Shown here one piece after another: positions 9,874 to 20,312 of a DNA stretch of 64,000 bases. The notes under the pieces are model-generated. The model saw only the letters and a list, made by a program, of their open reading frames with translations. It was not told the origin of the DNA and ran no database searches. Both the position numbers and the translations under genes were made by a program. Every line of letters begins with the position of its first letter. Positions within the stretch are counted from its first letter, which is position 1. The stretch comes from Bacilli bacterium (lineage in GTDB: Bacteria > Bacillota > Bacilli > JACDOE01): the NCBI GenBank assembly GCA_041686735.1, contig JAWLDF010000004.1:69185-133184 (forward strand). The letters are read 5' to 3'.

Positions 9874-10029
9874 ATAAACGTCCTCCGCCGTTATCAATTT
9901 TCTTTCCTATTTTGTCCACTTGTACAGGGTTTATCCACCCGGGGACGATGTGAAACATTTAATCTTTTAAGGACGTCAATACTTTCAGATAGCAGAAATC
10001 ATATGCCAAAAGAATGAGGAGGAAAGGCA

Positions 10030-12348
10030 ATGGAGAAACGGAAGAGATCAGGCAAAATGTGGCTGGTTTCAGTACTGGCTGCAACCATGGCTTTCAGCGG
10101 TTTTTCATTTTCGCCCGGTGCAGCAGCTTCATTCAACAAAGACGAGGTATCTAAAATAGTAACCGCTGCAGAAAAGAAGGAGGAGATTACAAAAGAGGAA
10201 GCCATTCGGATCGTTAAGGAATTTATGGAGATTCCCGATTCGTATAAACTGGAATCTACTTCTTTCAGCAGCAACTGGTATCCGAAAAGGATGCCGGTAT
10301 GGCGTATCAATTGGGTAGAGCGACAGGGGGATTATAAACCGGTAAATCAATTATCCTTCGTGGTGGATGCCGAGAAAGGTTATGTCATTTCAATGGATCA
10401 CTATCGTTATACCGATGAACCGGCATCATTTCCACCGAAAGTAAGTACAGAAGAAGCGCAAAAAATCGCTGAAACGTATGTACAAAAAAATCTGCCGGAA
10501 TTCTTTGATAAAGTGAAGGTTAAGGTACAAAACACTCCCGATCTTATACCGCTTGACGGTCGCGTATTTTATGACATTGTTTTTGAACGGGTGGTCCATG
10601 ACAATATACTGTTTCCGGAAAATTTCATTCGCGTTAATGTGAATGGAAACGGGGAAATTACCAGTGTGTATTTTCACTGGGATTATGAAATCTCGTTCCC
10701 GGACGTTGAACACCGGATCAGCAGTGAAGAAGCGGAGAAGTTACTGAAAGAAACACTTGCCGTTCAAATGACTTATATCCGTCCATGGAGACAGGAAGCA
10801 TACGGACAGAATGATTCGGAATCTTCCCCGATCTATTTTGGATATCGTTATCCCGCAACCGGTCAATATTATGTAGATGCAAAAAGCGGGGTATTGCGGG
10901 ACATGTATGGTGAGGAAAAAGATGTGCCTGCTATTGCTGAGATAAAACCGCTGGTTGATCAACCTAAGGCAGATGAGCCTGCTCCGCTGCCACAGGAGAT
11001 CACAAGTGAACAGGCCGTCGACATAGTGACATCAGAATTTTCTATTAACGGGGATCTGGTCATGCAGGACACTCGTTATTACGACAGCTGGGGACGTGAC
11101 AAAATTTCGGTCTGGATGATAAACTGGGAAGCGCGGAGTGAAGATTCTCAGTATTTTAAATGGGTTCGGGCTGTTGTGGATGCCTCAACGGGACAAATTT
11201 TGGAGTTTTATAATGATGGCATGATAAAGACAGAAGATTCAGGGGATACCGGAAAAGATGAAGAGAAGATCAGTTATGATGAAGCTAAAAAAATAGCGAT
11301 CAAATCCATAGAAAAATTGAGTCCCCATTTGATGCATCAGGTATATATCGACGATTCCATGAACAATCATGACCTGATCAGGGCCCCTGAACAGCATTAT
11401 TTTCTGTATTTTAAACGGATTGTCAACGGACTTTCTCTTGATGATCAGGGAATTCGAGTCGGTGTGAACGCAAAAAGCGGTGAACTGACGAGTTTTGCTA
11501 TTGACTGGGATAAAAAAGACTATCCTGTGCCTCCGGAAGGGTTAATGAGTAAAGAACAGGCGTTGGATCTTATTTTGCAGGATGTGAATGTTGAATTGAC
11601 CTATTTCCAACCCTATCCGCGTTATGATGCTACTGGAGAACTCGATAAGGAACAAAGCTCAATCTATCTCGTTTATCGCATGATCAGTGATAACCGTAAA
11701 GGTGCATATTTCATTGATGCTCAATCGGGACAATGGCGAAGCTTAGAGACGGGAGAATATTTTCGAGGCGATGAAATTCCACAGGACATTGAGGGCCACT
11801 GGGCACAAAAAGAACTGGAATTAATGTACCGCTACAATGCATTTGAAATGGAAGACGGGTTGGTTCATCCTGATGAAGCCATTAAACGCGGAGAATTGAT
11901 TAAAATGCTGGTTCTGGCCGTGCACCAGGGGAATTATTATCCTGTTGATATGAATCAGGAAGCAGCCTTTAAAGATGTTGCGAGTGATTCAAAATACTTC
12001 TCTTACGTTCAGACTGCTGTTGCCCGTAACTGGATCGACACCGACAGTGATACGTTTAATCCGGAGGCTTCTGTTGACCGGGAAGAATTGGCAGTGCTGA
12101 TCACACGGGCGCTCGGTTATGGCAGTCTGGCCGACACGGAAGGAATTTTTTACATCTCCTTTGAAGATAGGGATCAAATCAAGGAAACAGGACATGTGGC
12201 CATTGTGAGCGGACTCGGGATCATGAAGGGGGACGGTCAACGTTTCCATCCCGACCAGACAGTGTCACGGGCCCAGGCAGCCGTAGCTTTTTATCGCTTT
12301 CTTGAAGCAAGAGCAAAGATGAGGTCTGACCAAACACCGACTTTTTAA
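10030..12348 (+). CDS. Secreted cell-surface protein with four N-terminal PepSY-like repeats and three C-terminal SLH (S-layer homology) domains.
   Basis: It has a signal peptide. Repeated modules read ...VWxINWxxRxxD...VVDAxxGxIxxxxxY.... There are three SLH-like motifs (...EGHWAQKELELMYRYNAFE..., ...FKDVASDSKYFSYVQTAVARNWID..., ...FEDRDQIKETGHVAIVSGLGIMKGDGQRFHPD...). Confidence 0.6.
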   Translation: MEKRKRSGKMWLVSVLAATMAFSGFSFSPGAAASFNKDEVSKIVTAAEKKEEITKEEAIRIVKEFMEIPDSYKLESTSFSSNWYPKRMPVWRINWVERQGDYKPVNQLSFVVDAEKGYVISMDHYRYTDEPASFPPKVSTEEAQKIAETYVQKNLPEFFDKVKVKVQNTPDLIPLDGRVFYDIVFERVVHDNILFPENFIRVNVNGNGEITSVYFHWDYEISFPDVEHRISSEEAEKLLKETLAVQMTYIRPWRQEAYGQNDSESSPIYFGYRYPATGQYYVDAKSGVLRDMYGEEKDVPAIAEIKPLVDQPKADEPAPLPQEITSEQAVDIVTSEFSINGDLVMQDTRYYDSWGRDKISVWMINWEARSEDSQYFKWVRAVVDASTGQILEFYNDGMIKTEDSGDTGKDEEKISYDEAKKIAIKSIEKLSPHLMHQVYIDDSMNNHDLIRAPEQHYFLYFKRIVNGLSLDDQGIRVGVNAKSGELTSFAIDWDKKDYPVPPEGLMSKEQALDLILQDVNVELTYFQPYPRYDATGELDKEQSSIYLVYRMISDNRKGAYFIDAQSGQWRSLETGEYFRGDEIPQDIEGHWAQKELELMYRYNAFEMEDGLVHPDEAIKRGELIKMLVLAVHQGNYYPVDMNQEAAFKDVASDSKYFSYVQTAVARNWIDTDSDTFNPEASVDREELAVLITRALGYGSLADTEGIFYISFEDRDQIKETGHVAIVSGLGIMKGDGQRFHPDQTVSRAQAAVAFYRFLEARAKMRSDQTPTF

Positions 12349-12378
12349 CGGGCGAGATGAAAAGTATCTATTTTCGGG

Positions 12379-12409
12379 ATCCCTGCCTTGATCGGGCAGG
12401 GATTTTTTG
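12379..12409 (+). terminator. Rho-independent terminator.
   Basis: ATCCCTGCC-TTGATCG-GGCAGGGAT followed by TTTTTT. Confidence 0.7.
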
Positions 12410-12466
12410 CATTAGGACAGGTTGTTGTGAGTAGGTATAAAATGAAAAAAGGAGGCGGAAAAAAGG

Positions 12467-13297
12467 GTGATAAGTAAAGGTTTTGAAAGATTGAATCAGC
12501 ATTTGTCACTGGCTGCTTATTCGATTGTCACGGACCTGATCGGTTTTTTCTTCAGCCTTGGTCTGACCGGTTTTCCCGGAGAGAGTAAATTTACATTAAA
12601 ATTTGCGATTGAGACAGGACTCCCGTCAATCGCCAGTGTGATTGATCAAAAATATGCTACAGGCGGGCTTAATTTACAATTGATAGGAAATGACGCGGGG
12701 ACGACTACTTCTTTTATCTTTTTGACATTTATTTTTTTCTTGATTGTAGGTTCATGGATTGAGGCCGGTTTTATTGGATTGCTGCACGAAGTGGTACAGA
12801 ACAACAGGGTATCATTCCATCAGTTCCTCGAGTACGGACGACGTTTCTTTTTACGGATGCTGGGCTTGGAAATATTCATCATATTGTTTATGATAATTAC
12901 GACTGCCATTTTGCTGCTCATATTAAATTTTGTCGGGGCAATCCTGATGATTGTTTTGTTCATCATTTTGCGGATCCTCTATATCTACTGGGAGTTTACC
13001 GTTGTTGTAGAAGATCTCGGCGTGTGGGAAGCTTTTACGCGATGCAGAGAACATTTCAGAAATCGAGAAGAACATACGGTGCAGGTGATCATTGCCATTT
13101 TGTTTACGGGTATGGTGTTCGGGCTGGTGGTGAACGGACTGTGGCATCCTGTTGTGTTATTTTTGGCTATTTTCGGGTATGGATATATAGCGACAGGACT
13201 ACAAGTAGCCTTGATGTTTACCCTGCATCAGATTTTGTATAATCAAAACCGGCTGGATGGAAGCGGGAATGATTCCTTGCCGACACCGGTTGAGTAA
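12467..13297 (+). CDS. Hypothetical polytopic membrane protein.
   Basis: 276 aa with about 6 TM segments. GTG start with AAGGAGG upstream. Confidence 0.45.
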   Translation: MISKGFERLNQHLSLAAYSIVTDLIGFFFSLGLTGFPGESKFTLKFAIETGLPSIASVIDQKYATGGLNLQLIGNDAGTTTSFIFLTFIFFLIVGSWIEAGFIGLLHEVVQNNRVSFHQFLEYGRRFFLRMLGLEIFIILFMIITTAILLLILNFVGAILMIVLFIILRILYIYWEFTVVVEDLGVWEAFTRCREHFRNREEHTVQVIIAILFTGMVFGLVVNGLWHPVVLFLAIFGYGYIATGLQVALMFTLHQILYNQNRLDGSGNDSLPTPVE

Positions 13298-13318
13298 GTG
13301 AATATGGTGGAGGTTTGA

Positions 13319-14464
<1,146 letters not shown>

Positions 14465-14505
14465 TTGCATCTTCCTCCGCAACGAGTATGAATGTTAAAT
14501 GTAAG

Positions 14506-14889
14506 TTAAGCTGCTTTTCTTTGTATGATCCATGCATATAAAGAACGCCAGACAACAAACAGTACAAGATTAAACCCGATCGTAATCAGGGCAAATAACC
14601 AGTCAATCTCTCGATGCAGGTACATGGAACGGATGATTAACCCTGCAATCCCTGCAACAATCCAGGTCGTCGCAGCTTTATATGCTGCCCGGCCGATACT
14701 TTGAACGGCTTCGGGACGGAGTGCTTTCATCAGGGGTGCGACGATCAGCCAGCCGAGGATAAACGGAAGTGCCGTTTGAAAGATGTCTCCTGCCGAGAGA
14801 GACATTCCGTGATCAGCTCGTCCCATTAAAGCAAAAATCAATAATACGATAAGATCTCCGATCAAGAGAGTCCAGAGAATTCGTTGCAT
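14506..14889 (-). CDS. Small integral membrane protein (DUF3054-like).
   Basis: 127 aa with 4 TM segments. Confidence 0.4.
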   Translation of the reverse strand: MQRILWTLLIGDLIVLLIFALMGRADHGMSLSAGDIFQTALPFILGWLIVAPLMKALRPEAVQSIGRAAYKAATTWIVAGIAGLIIRSMYLHREIDWLFALITIGFNLVLFVVWRSLYAWIIQRKAA

Positions 14890-14927
14890 GTTCCTACCTC
14901 CACTAAGATCCGTTTTCTTTTACATTA

Positions 14928-14963
14928 TACATGAAAAAACCATCGGTCATATGACCGGTGGTT
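14928..14963. terminator. Bidirectional terminator hairpin.
   Basis: CCATCGGTCATATGACCGGTGG palindrome flanked by A6 and T-rich tracts. Confidence 0.6.
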
Positions 14964-14984
14964 TTATTTTGTTCTGATTAAGCA

Positions 14985-15650
14985 TCATCTCGTTTGTTGA
15001 AGAAGGTTTCGTAACCATACAGAATGGCGGAACTCATCATGAGAAGCTCTGAAAAAACGATTGGTAATACGGGGAACATTGGACATGGCTGAAATTTCGC
15101 GATAAAACCGGCTCGCCTCCAGTTCATCCTGAATTCCCTGACGCAATCCTTCGCGATAGGTTCGCGGCAAAGATCCCTGTTGGACCCGCGGGCGACTTCC
15201 TGTAAGTTGAGTGTAGATACGAGTGAAACTATTATAATGTCGGATTTCATCCTGACGGATACTGAGAATGGTTTGACGGGCCTCCTGATTGGGTGCCAGC
15301 TCCGCCAGTCGTCTGTAATACTGGATGGCTTGATACTCCCCGTTGATGGCACGTTCAATATTTCGAATTAATTCCGGTGATACCGGTTGCATTCCGGGTC
15401 CCATTCCCTGACCGGGCCCGGGACCGAGCGTTCCACCGTAAGGACCGGTTCCCATTCCGGGTCCCATTCCCTGACCCGGGCCGGGGCCGAACATTCCACC
15501 GTAAGGACCGGTTCCCATTCCGGGTCCCATTCCCTGACCGGGCCCGGGACTGAACATTCCACCGTAAGGCCACGGTCCAACACCCGGTCCGAATCCGTCA
15601 GGAAATCTGCTGTATTGACCGGAAGATTCCTTTTTTCGATGTTTGGGCAC
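14985..15650 (-). CDS. Ferritin-like (rubrerythrin/DUF2202-type) domain protein with N-terminal Gly/Pro/Met-rich 21-residue tandem repeats; a candidate spore-coat-type protein.
   Basis: The N-terminal region reads GPGPGQGMGPGMGTGPYGGMF repeated three times. The C-terminus is a four-helix ferritin-like domain (...EYQAIQYYRRLAE...EIRHYNSF...ELEASRFYREI...HDEFRHSVWL). The start was reassigned to GTG with AAGGAGGG 7 nt upstream. Confidence 0.55.
   Translation of the reverse strand: MPKHRKKESSGQYSRFPDGFGPGVGPWPYGGMFSPGPGQGMGPGMGTGPYGGMFGPGPGQGMGPGMGTGPYGGTLGPGPGQGMGPGMQPVSPELIRNIERAINGEYQAIQYYRRLAELAPNQEARQTILSIRQDEIRHYNSFTRIYTQLTGSRPRVQQGSLPRTYREGLRQGIQDELEASRFYREISAMSNVPRITNRFFRASHDEFRHSVWLRNLLQQTR
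15396..15584. repeat. Three tandem copies of a 63-bp coding repeat, encoding the G/P-rich repeats of the ferritin-like protein.
   Basis: A near-identical 63-mer (GGGTCCCATTCCCTGACCGGGCCCGGG...GTTCCCATTCC) is seen three times head-to-tail. Confidence 0.8.
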
Positions 15651-15772
15651 AAATATTCCCTCCTTGTACTTAATCCTGCCCTGTGGCATGCCAATCAGGC
15701 TTGTAGCAAGGCAAATGTGCTATATCATATGACATGCTCTGGACTGCAGTGCATAGGAGGATGCCCGATTTT

Positions 15773-17047
15773 TTATGAATGTGTAGATGTTTTTATTTGC
15801 TCAACAGTCTGGCGACGGTAAAATAATATACTTCCTGCCGCACCGGATCCGCATACTGCTGCTGAAAGCAAAAAGGCACTTGCATAGGAGTGGGTCTGAT
15901 CCACCATCCAACCGGTGATAATCGGAGATATAAATTGCCCGATCCCAAAAAACAGAGTGACAAATCCCATCGCAACTGCCACCCGGCCTGAAGATACGTA
16001 ATCACCTACAACCACCATCATAATCGTGGGGACGGCCCAAAGTGAAGCAGCATAAAGGACGATTCCCGCAAACAGCCACGCCGGATGGACGGATGAGGCG
16101 AACCCGGCCAGAACAGCCGCCTGTAGGCTATAAACAATGATCAATGTTCTTATCCTTCCGATCCGGTCGGATATATGTCCCCACAATGATCCACTGAGTA
16201 TACTTACCATACCCGCAAGGGCGAACATCTGCCCCGCGGTGACTTCAGCGAACCCCCCGTCAAGCATTAAATAATCAACAATAAAAGTAGAAAAAATAAT
16301 ATAACTGAATCCCCAGGTAAGATAGATCAATCCAATTGCCCATATTTTCGGATTTCGGTAGACACGATCCTGTTTTGACTGTTCAGATGCTGTTGAAGTT
16401 CCGGTTTCCGGCTTTATGGATTCGTTGTTTTTCGATATGGTCACGCTTCTTTCGCCTTTAGGAGGATGTTTTAACCAGAATAAATTAAGCAAAGTGATCG
16501 CCAAAACGATGACTGCCAATATAAACCAGCTGATCCGCCAGCCCTGACCGTCCTGCAGGGTAACGATCCACGGAACGACCATTCCGCTGATGACGATCCC
16601 GATTCCCGAACCGGACATGGCGGTTCCCGTAGCCATCCCTCTTTTTTCAGGAGGAAACCATTCGGCGAGTAGTCCGAGGGAAGGAACATATGCTCCGCCA
16701 GCCCCGAGACCGATGATAAAACAGGCCGCCAGCGCGCTCCAGAAACCCTGGGCGGTAGCACTCCAGAACATCCCGGCTGCAATAAAAAATTGAAAGAATA
16801 CAATTACCCTTTTGTGGGTATAACGGTTGACAAAGTAACCTGACAGCATGGCACTGATCAGATATCCGAAAAATACCGCCGAGGCGACAATTCCGGTTTC
16901 ACTGTAGTTGAATTGCAAACCGTCTTTCATAAACGGTAAAATTGCACCAAAGGAAAAACGGCCGAATCCGAGACTGGCCAGTACTGCGAGTGTGGTCAAA
17001 ATAAGGATGATCCAGGCATAATTTCGTATACTGTTATGGTTTTGCAT
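15773..17047 (-). CDS. MFS transporter (oxalate/formate-antiporter-like subfamily).
   Basis: 12 TM segments and the MFS loop motif. The start was set at MQNHNS with GGAGTGGAG upstream. Confidence 0.75.
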   Translation of the reverse strand: MQNHNSIRNYAWIILILTTLAVLASLGFGRFSFGAILPFMKDGLQFNYSETGIVASAVFFGYLISAMLSGYFVNRYTHKRVIVFFQFFIAAGMFWSATAQGFWSALAACFIIGLGAGGAYVPSLGLLAEWFPPEKRGMATGTAMSGSGIGIVISGMVVPWIVTLQDGQGWRISWFILAVIVLAITLLNLFWLKHPPKGERSVTISKNNESIKPETGTSTASEQSKQDRVYRNPKIWAIGLIYLTWGFSYIIFSTFIVDYLMLDGGFAEVTAGQMFALAGMVSILSGSLWGHISDRIGRIRTLIIVYSLQAAVLAGFASSVHPAWLFAGIVLYAASLWAVPTIMMVVVGDYVSSGRVAVAMGFVTLFFGIGQFISPIITGWMVDQTHSYASAFLLSAAVCGSGAAGSILFYRRQTVEQIKTSTHS

Positions 17048-17229
17048 TTTTCTGTCTCCACTCCTCTTACACTGCAATGAAATGTGCAATTGATCGTATA
17101 ATTTTGTAATATTATAAATTTTAATACAAAAGTAGAGTTAAGGTAAAGACTGAGCGGAAAATAAAGTTGTCACGGAGAATTGAATCCGTTACAGTGAAAA
17201 GAAGGCTTCGCGAAGAAAAGGAGGCGGAC

Positions 17230-17913
17230 ATGAAACAGATTTTGCTTGTCGAAGATGAAAAAGTGCTGGCAAAAAACATCGCCTTTTTTTTAGAAAAAGA
17301 AGGGTATCATGTGGAAATGGCTTATGACGGGGAACAGGGGCTGAAGATGTTCTCTGAGAAACACTATGATCTATTGCTGTTGGACTGGAATCTTCCGCGG
17401 ATGGACGGTCTGGAACTCTGTCGTCGTATCCGTAAAGACTCGATGGTTCCGATCATCATCATTACCGCAAGAGGAGAAACGATGGATAAGGTGATCGGAC
17501 TGGAAGTCGGCGCCGATGATTATATTGTAAAGCCCTTTCATCAGAGGGAACTGCTGGCGCGTATTCATGCGATTTTTCGACGGGAGCAACGTTATCAGGA
17601 CGAGCCCACTCAATGTTTGACTTATGATGGGATCGAATGTATCCGTGAACAAATGATGTTGCGTTATAATGGAAACCAGGCGGAATTAACCGCAACGGAG
17701 TTCAAACTGGTCGATGCGATGATGTCGAGGCCGCAGCATGTTTTTTCGCGGGAATGGTTATTCGAGCACATCTGGGGAACGCAGGACGGGTATAGTGACC
17801 GGACCGTCGACGTCAGCATCAGTCGCCTACGCAAAAAACTATACGATCTGACCGGGCGAAAATATCTTCACGCTGTGCGGGGGATGGGATATCGTTTCGG
17901 GGGTGAACAATGA
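17230..17913 (+). CDS. OmpR-family response regulator.
   Basis: Receiver domain (LLVEDE...D...LLDWNLPRMDG...K) plus a winged-helix C-domain. RBS AAGGAGG. Confidence 0.85.
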   Translation: MKQILLVEDEKVLAKNIAFFLEKEGYHVEMAYDGEQGLKMFSEKHYDLLLLDWNLPRMDGLELCRRIRKDSMVPIIIITARGETMDKVIGLEVGADDYIVKPFHQRELLARIHAIFRREQRYQDEPTQCLTYDGIECIREQMMLRYNGNQAELTATEFKLVDAMMSRPQHVFSREWLFEHIWGTQDGYSDRTVDVSISRLRKKLYDLTGRKYLHAVRGMGYRFGGEQ

Positions 17914-19313
17914 ATATCCGGAACAGGCTGTGGCTCGTTTTTTCCCTGTTGTTTATTCTCGTTTGTTTGGGGCTGTATGGATTTATTGTTAAAACCTATG
18001 AAGAACGGGTATTGGCGGGGCAACGGGAAATCTCGATTACACAAGGTCAGGCGGTGGTGGAGCAACTGTCGGGAACTTACCCCCGATTTCCAGAGCGGAC
18101 CGAAGGCTATCTAAGTTTTTACAGCGATCGTCTTGACGCCCGTCTGCTGGTGCTGGACTATCAAAAAAAGGTGAGATTCGATAGTTTTGAAAAATTCACC
18201 CCGGGTACGCATTTGTCTCTTACAATTCTGGAGAAGGGCGGGGAGTTGCCGCGAACGGAATTTGTTCCGACCACAAATTACGGGTATGTTCAATACACTT
18301 TGTTCCCGCTTGGAAATGAGACGCCTGCCTCTTCCTTTTTACTGATGATTAAAGATGTCAATGTTCTGTACGAAGATATTCGTTCTTTTCAGTACTTGAT
18401 GATGGCTGTCATGGCCCTGGCCATCATGGTGTTTTTCTTGTTGAGTTTCTGGCTGGCAGCATGGTTTTCCCGACCGATTCACGATATTGTACGCCATTTG
18501 CAGGGGATTACACCGCAAAAACGTACTTTTACCATGGAATACAACAGGAAGGATGAAATTCAACATCTGGTCCGGGCAATTCGTCAGATGGTGGATCAAT
18601 TAAATCAGTATGAACTCAGGCAGCGGCAGTTTATCAGTGCATCTTCCCACGAACTGAAAACCCCTCTGACCACGATGCAGTTAATTTGTGAAAATCTGGA
18701 GCATGTCCGGGAAGACCCCGGACAATTCAGGGAATTTACGCAGGATCTGTTGGTGCAAACGGATAAGATGAAGAAGGTAGTGGAAGATTTATTACATATC
18801 AATCGCATGTGGGACAGGCCATTAAACCTCGATTACATCACCGGCGGGGAAATTAGGAATCATATAGAAAAACAGTTTCAACGTGTGCTTGACTCCCGCG
18901 GACTGTTTTTCCGTTTTACGATTGACGCTGATGCACATTTTGAAGCAGACTGGGAACTATTTTTTCATGGGGTGGATAATCTGGTAGCCAATGCGATTCG
19001 ATATTCTTCCGAGAACAAAGAAATCCACATCGGTGTTCAAAAAGATGGGGATACGGGTGAATCACTGTTGTTCGTATGTGATGAGGGAATCGGGATCGCC
19101 GAAGAAGATCGTCCCTATATATTCGAACCTTTTTACCGTTCGAAGCAGGCGATGGACTGGGACCGGGAAGGTACGGGACTGGGTCTGGTGATTGTCAAGT
19201 TAATGGCAGACCGGCACGGCGGGAAGCTGGAACTTGAATCTTCCGTCGGGAAAGGTACCTGTGTCCGTCTTAAGTTCGGTAACAAAATTGTTACGCAGCG
19301 GCAATTGCTGTGA
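17910..19313 (+). CDS. Sensor histidine kinase (HisKA/HATPase_c) with two TM segments and an extracytoplasmic loop.
   Basis: H-box SHELKTPLT plus N/G1/G2 boxes. It has a 4-nt overlap with the regulator. Confidence 0.85.
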   Translation: MNIRNRLWLVFSLLFILVCLGLYGFIVKTYEERVLAGQREISITQGQAVVEQLSGTYPRFPERTEGYLSFYSDRLDARLLVLDYQKKVRFDSFEKFTPGTHLSLTILEKGGELPRTEFVPTTNYGYVQYTLFPLGNETPASSFLLMIKDVNVLYEDIRSFQYLMMAVMALAIMVFFLLSFWLAAWFSRPIHDIVRHLQGITPQKRTFTMEYNRKDEIQHLVRAIRQMVDQLNQYELRQRQFISASSHELKTPLTTMQLICENLEHVREDPGQFREFTQDLLVQTDKMKKVVEDLLHINRMWDRPLNLDYITGGEIRNHIEKQFQRVLDSRGLFFRFTIDADAHFEADWELFFHGVDNLVANAIRYSSENKEIHIGVQKDGDTGESLLFVCDEGIGIAEEDRPYIFEPFYRSKQAMDWDREGTGLGLVIVKLMADRHGGKLELESSVGKGTCVRLKFGNKIVTQRQLL

Positions 19314-19407
19314 TACAAAACTTTGATACTTTATAATTGTAGTACAGAAGGATCAGCGCGCTTTTCCTGGTAAACAAAAACGATAAACGCTATGGAGGAG
19401 ATCAACC

Positions 19408-20004
19408 ATGAAATCAATGTTCAAATTAGTGCTGGTTATGCTCGCGCTCATGATGGTAATTACTGCATGTGGTACGGGGCCAAATGAATCCGGGAATGAT
19501 CAGGATCAAAACCAGGGGCAAACGGGAGAAGATCCGGTGGATGAAAATGATGTCAGTCCCACAGATGATGAAGAAGACGAGGGGACAACCCAAACGGTTA
19601 CTTTATATTTTTCCGACAATGAATTGATGAAAGTATATCGTGTGCAAAAAGAGATTACAGTGGCAGAAGGTGAGCAGGCAGAAGTAGTCGCACTTCAGGC
19701 CTGGATCGAAGGTCCGGATGAAGAAGATCTTACCAATCTGTTACCGCCGGATGTGGTTGTCGAGTATGTGGAGGATAAGGATGGCGTTGCCCATGTCAGT
19801 TTCTCACGCGAGATCTTAAATGCCAACCTCGGTTCTTCCGGGGAAGCATTCCTCATCACTCAGATCGTGATGATCATGGAGCAGTTCGGATATGAGCAGA
19901 CTCAGATTCTCGTTGAAGGAGAAATCGTTGAATCCTTACTGGGTCATGTAGAAACCGCAAAACCGCTGCAGGCACAGAATCCCGAAGATTTTGAGCAACG
20001 GTAA
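19408..20004 (+). CDS. Lipoprotein with an acidic low-complexity linker and a GerMN-like (sporulation/germination) domain.
   Basis: Lipobox ITAC, then a D/E/Q-rich linker, then a C-terminal domain resembling GerMN. Confidence 0.5.
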   Translation: MKSMFKLVLVMLALMMVITACGTGPNESGNDQDQNQGQTGEDPVDENDVSPTDDEEDEGTTQTVTLYFSDNELMKVYRVQKEITVAEGEQAEVVALQAWIEGPDEEDLTNLLPPDVVVEYVEDKDGVAHVSFSREILNANLGSSGEAFLITQIVMIMEQFGYEQTQILVEGEIVESLLGHVETAKPLQAQNPEDFEQR

Positions 20005-20006
20005 AT

Positions 20007-20087
20007 TAAAAATAATATTCCGGATTTGATTTGCCTTCCCCTCACTTCGTTCGGCCGGTGCATCAAAATCCGGAATATTATTTTTTA
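20007..20087. repeat. Copy 1 of a dispersed ~50-bp palindromic repeat, embedded in a long terminator hairpin.
   Basis: Core GGATTTGATTTGCCTTCCCCTCACTTCGTTCGGCCGGTGCATCAAAATCC is flanked by AATAATATTCCGGA/TCCGGAATATTATT stems and A/T runs. Confidence 0.7.
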
Positions 20088-20244
20088 TAGATATTGCGTG
20101 CCCAGCAAGCCGCTAATGGCTAGTCGGTGCAAGTCTGACCCGGGTAAGAACCAAGGTTTCCAGAAAATTTGATTTCTCTACTCTACTGTAATGATTAAGC
20201 GGTACACATTTGACATAGAACTACCTGCGAAACATCCAAAAAAT

Positions 20245-20312
20245 AAAGAACTGGATTTGATGCTGACCGGCCGAACGCAGTGAGGGAAAGGCAAATCAAA
20301 TCCAGTTCTTTA
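20245..20312. repeat. Copy 2 of the same repeat family in inverted orientation, acting as terminator for the minus-strand methyltransferase gene.
   Basis: GGATTTGATGCTGACCGGCCGAACGCAGTGAGGGAAAGGCAAATCAAATCC is flanked by AAAGAACTG/CAGTTCTTT. Confidence 0.7.

Noticed and set aside
15355-15821. Plus-strand and alternative-frame ORFs (15387..15821, 15355..15573, 15368..15694) rich in GSHS/RNGN repeats, and the possibility of a CRISPR-like array from the regular 63-bp periodicity.
   Set aside because: The repeats are contiguous with no unique spacers and encode the Gly/Pro repeats of the minus-strand ferritin-like gene. The other ORFs are repeat-induced shadow frames.
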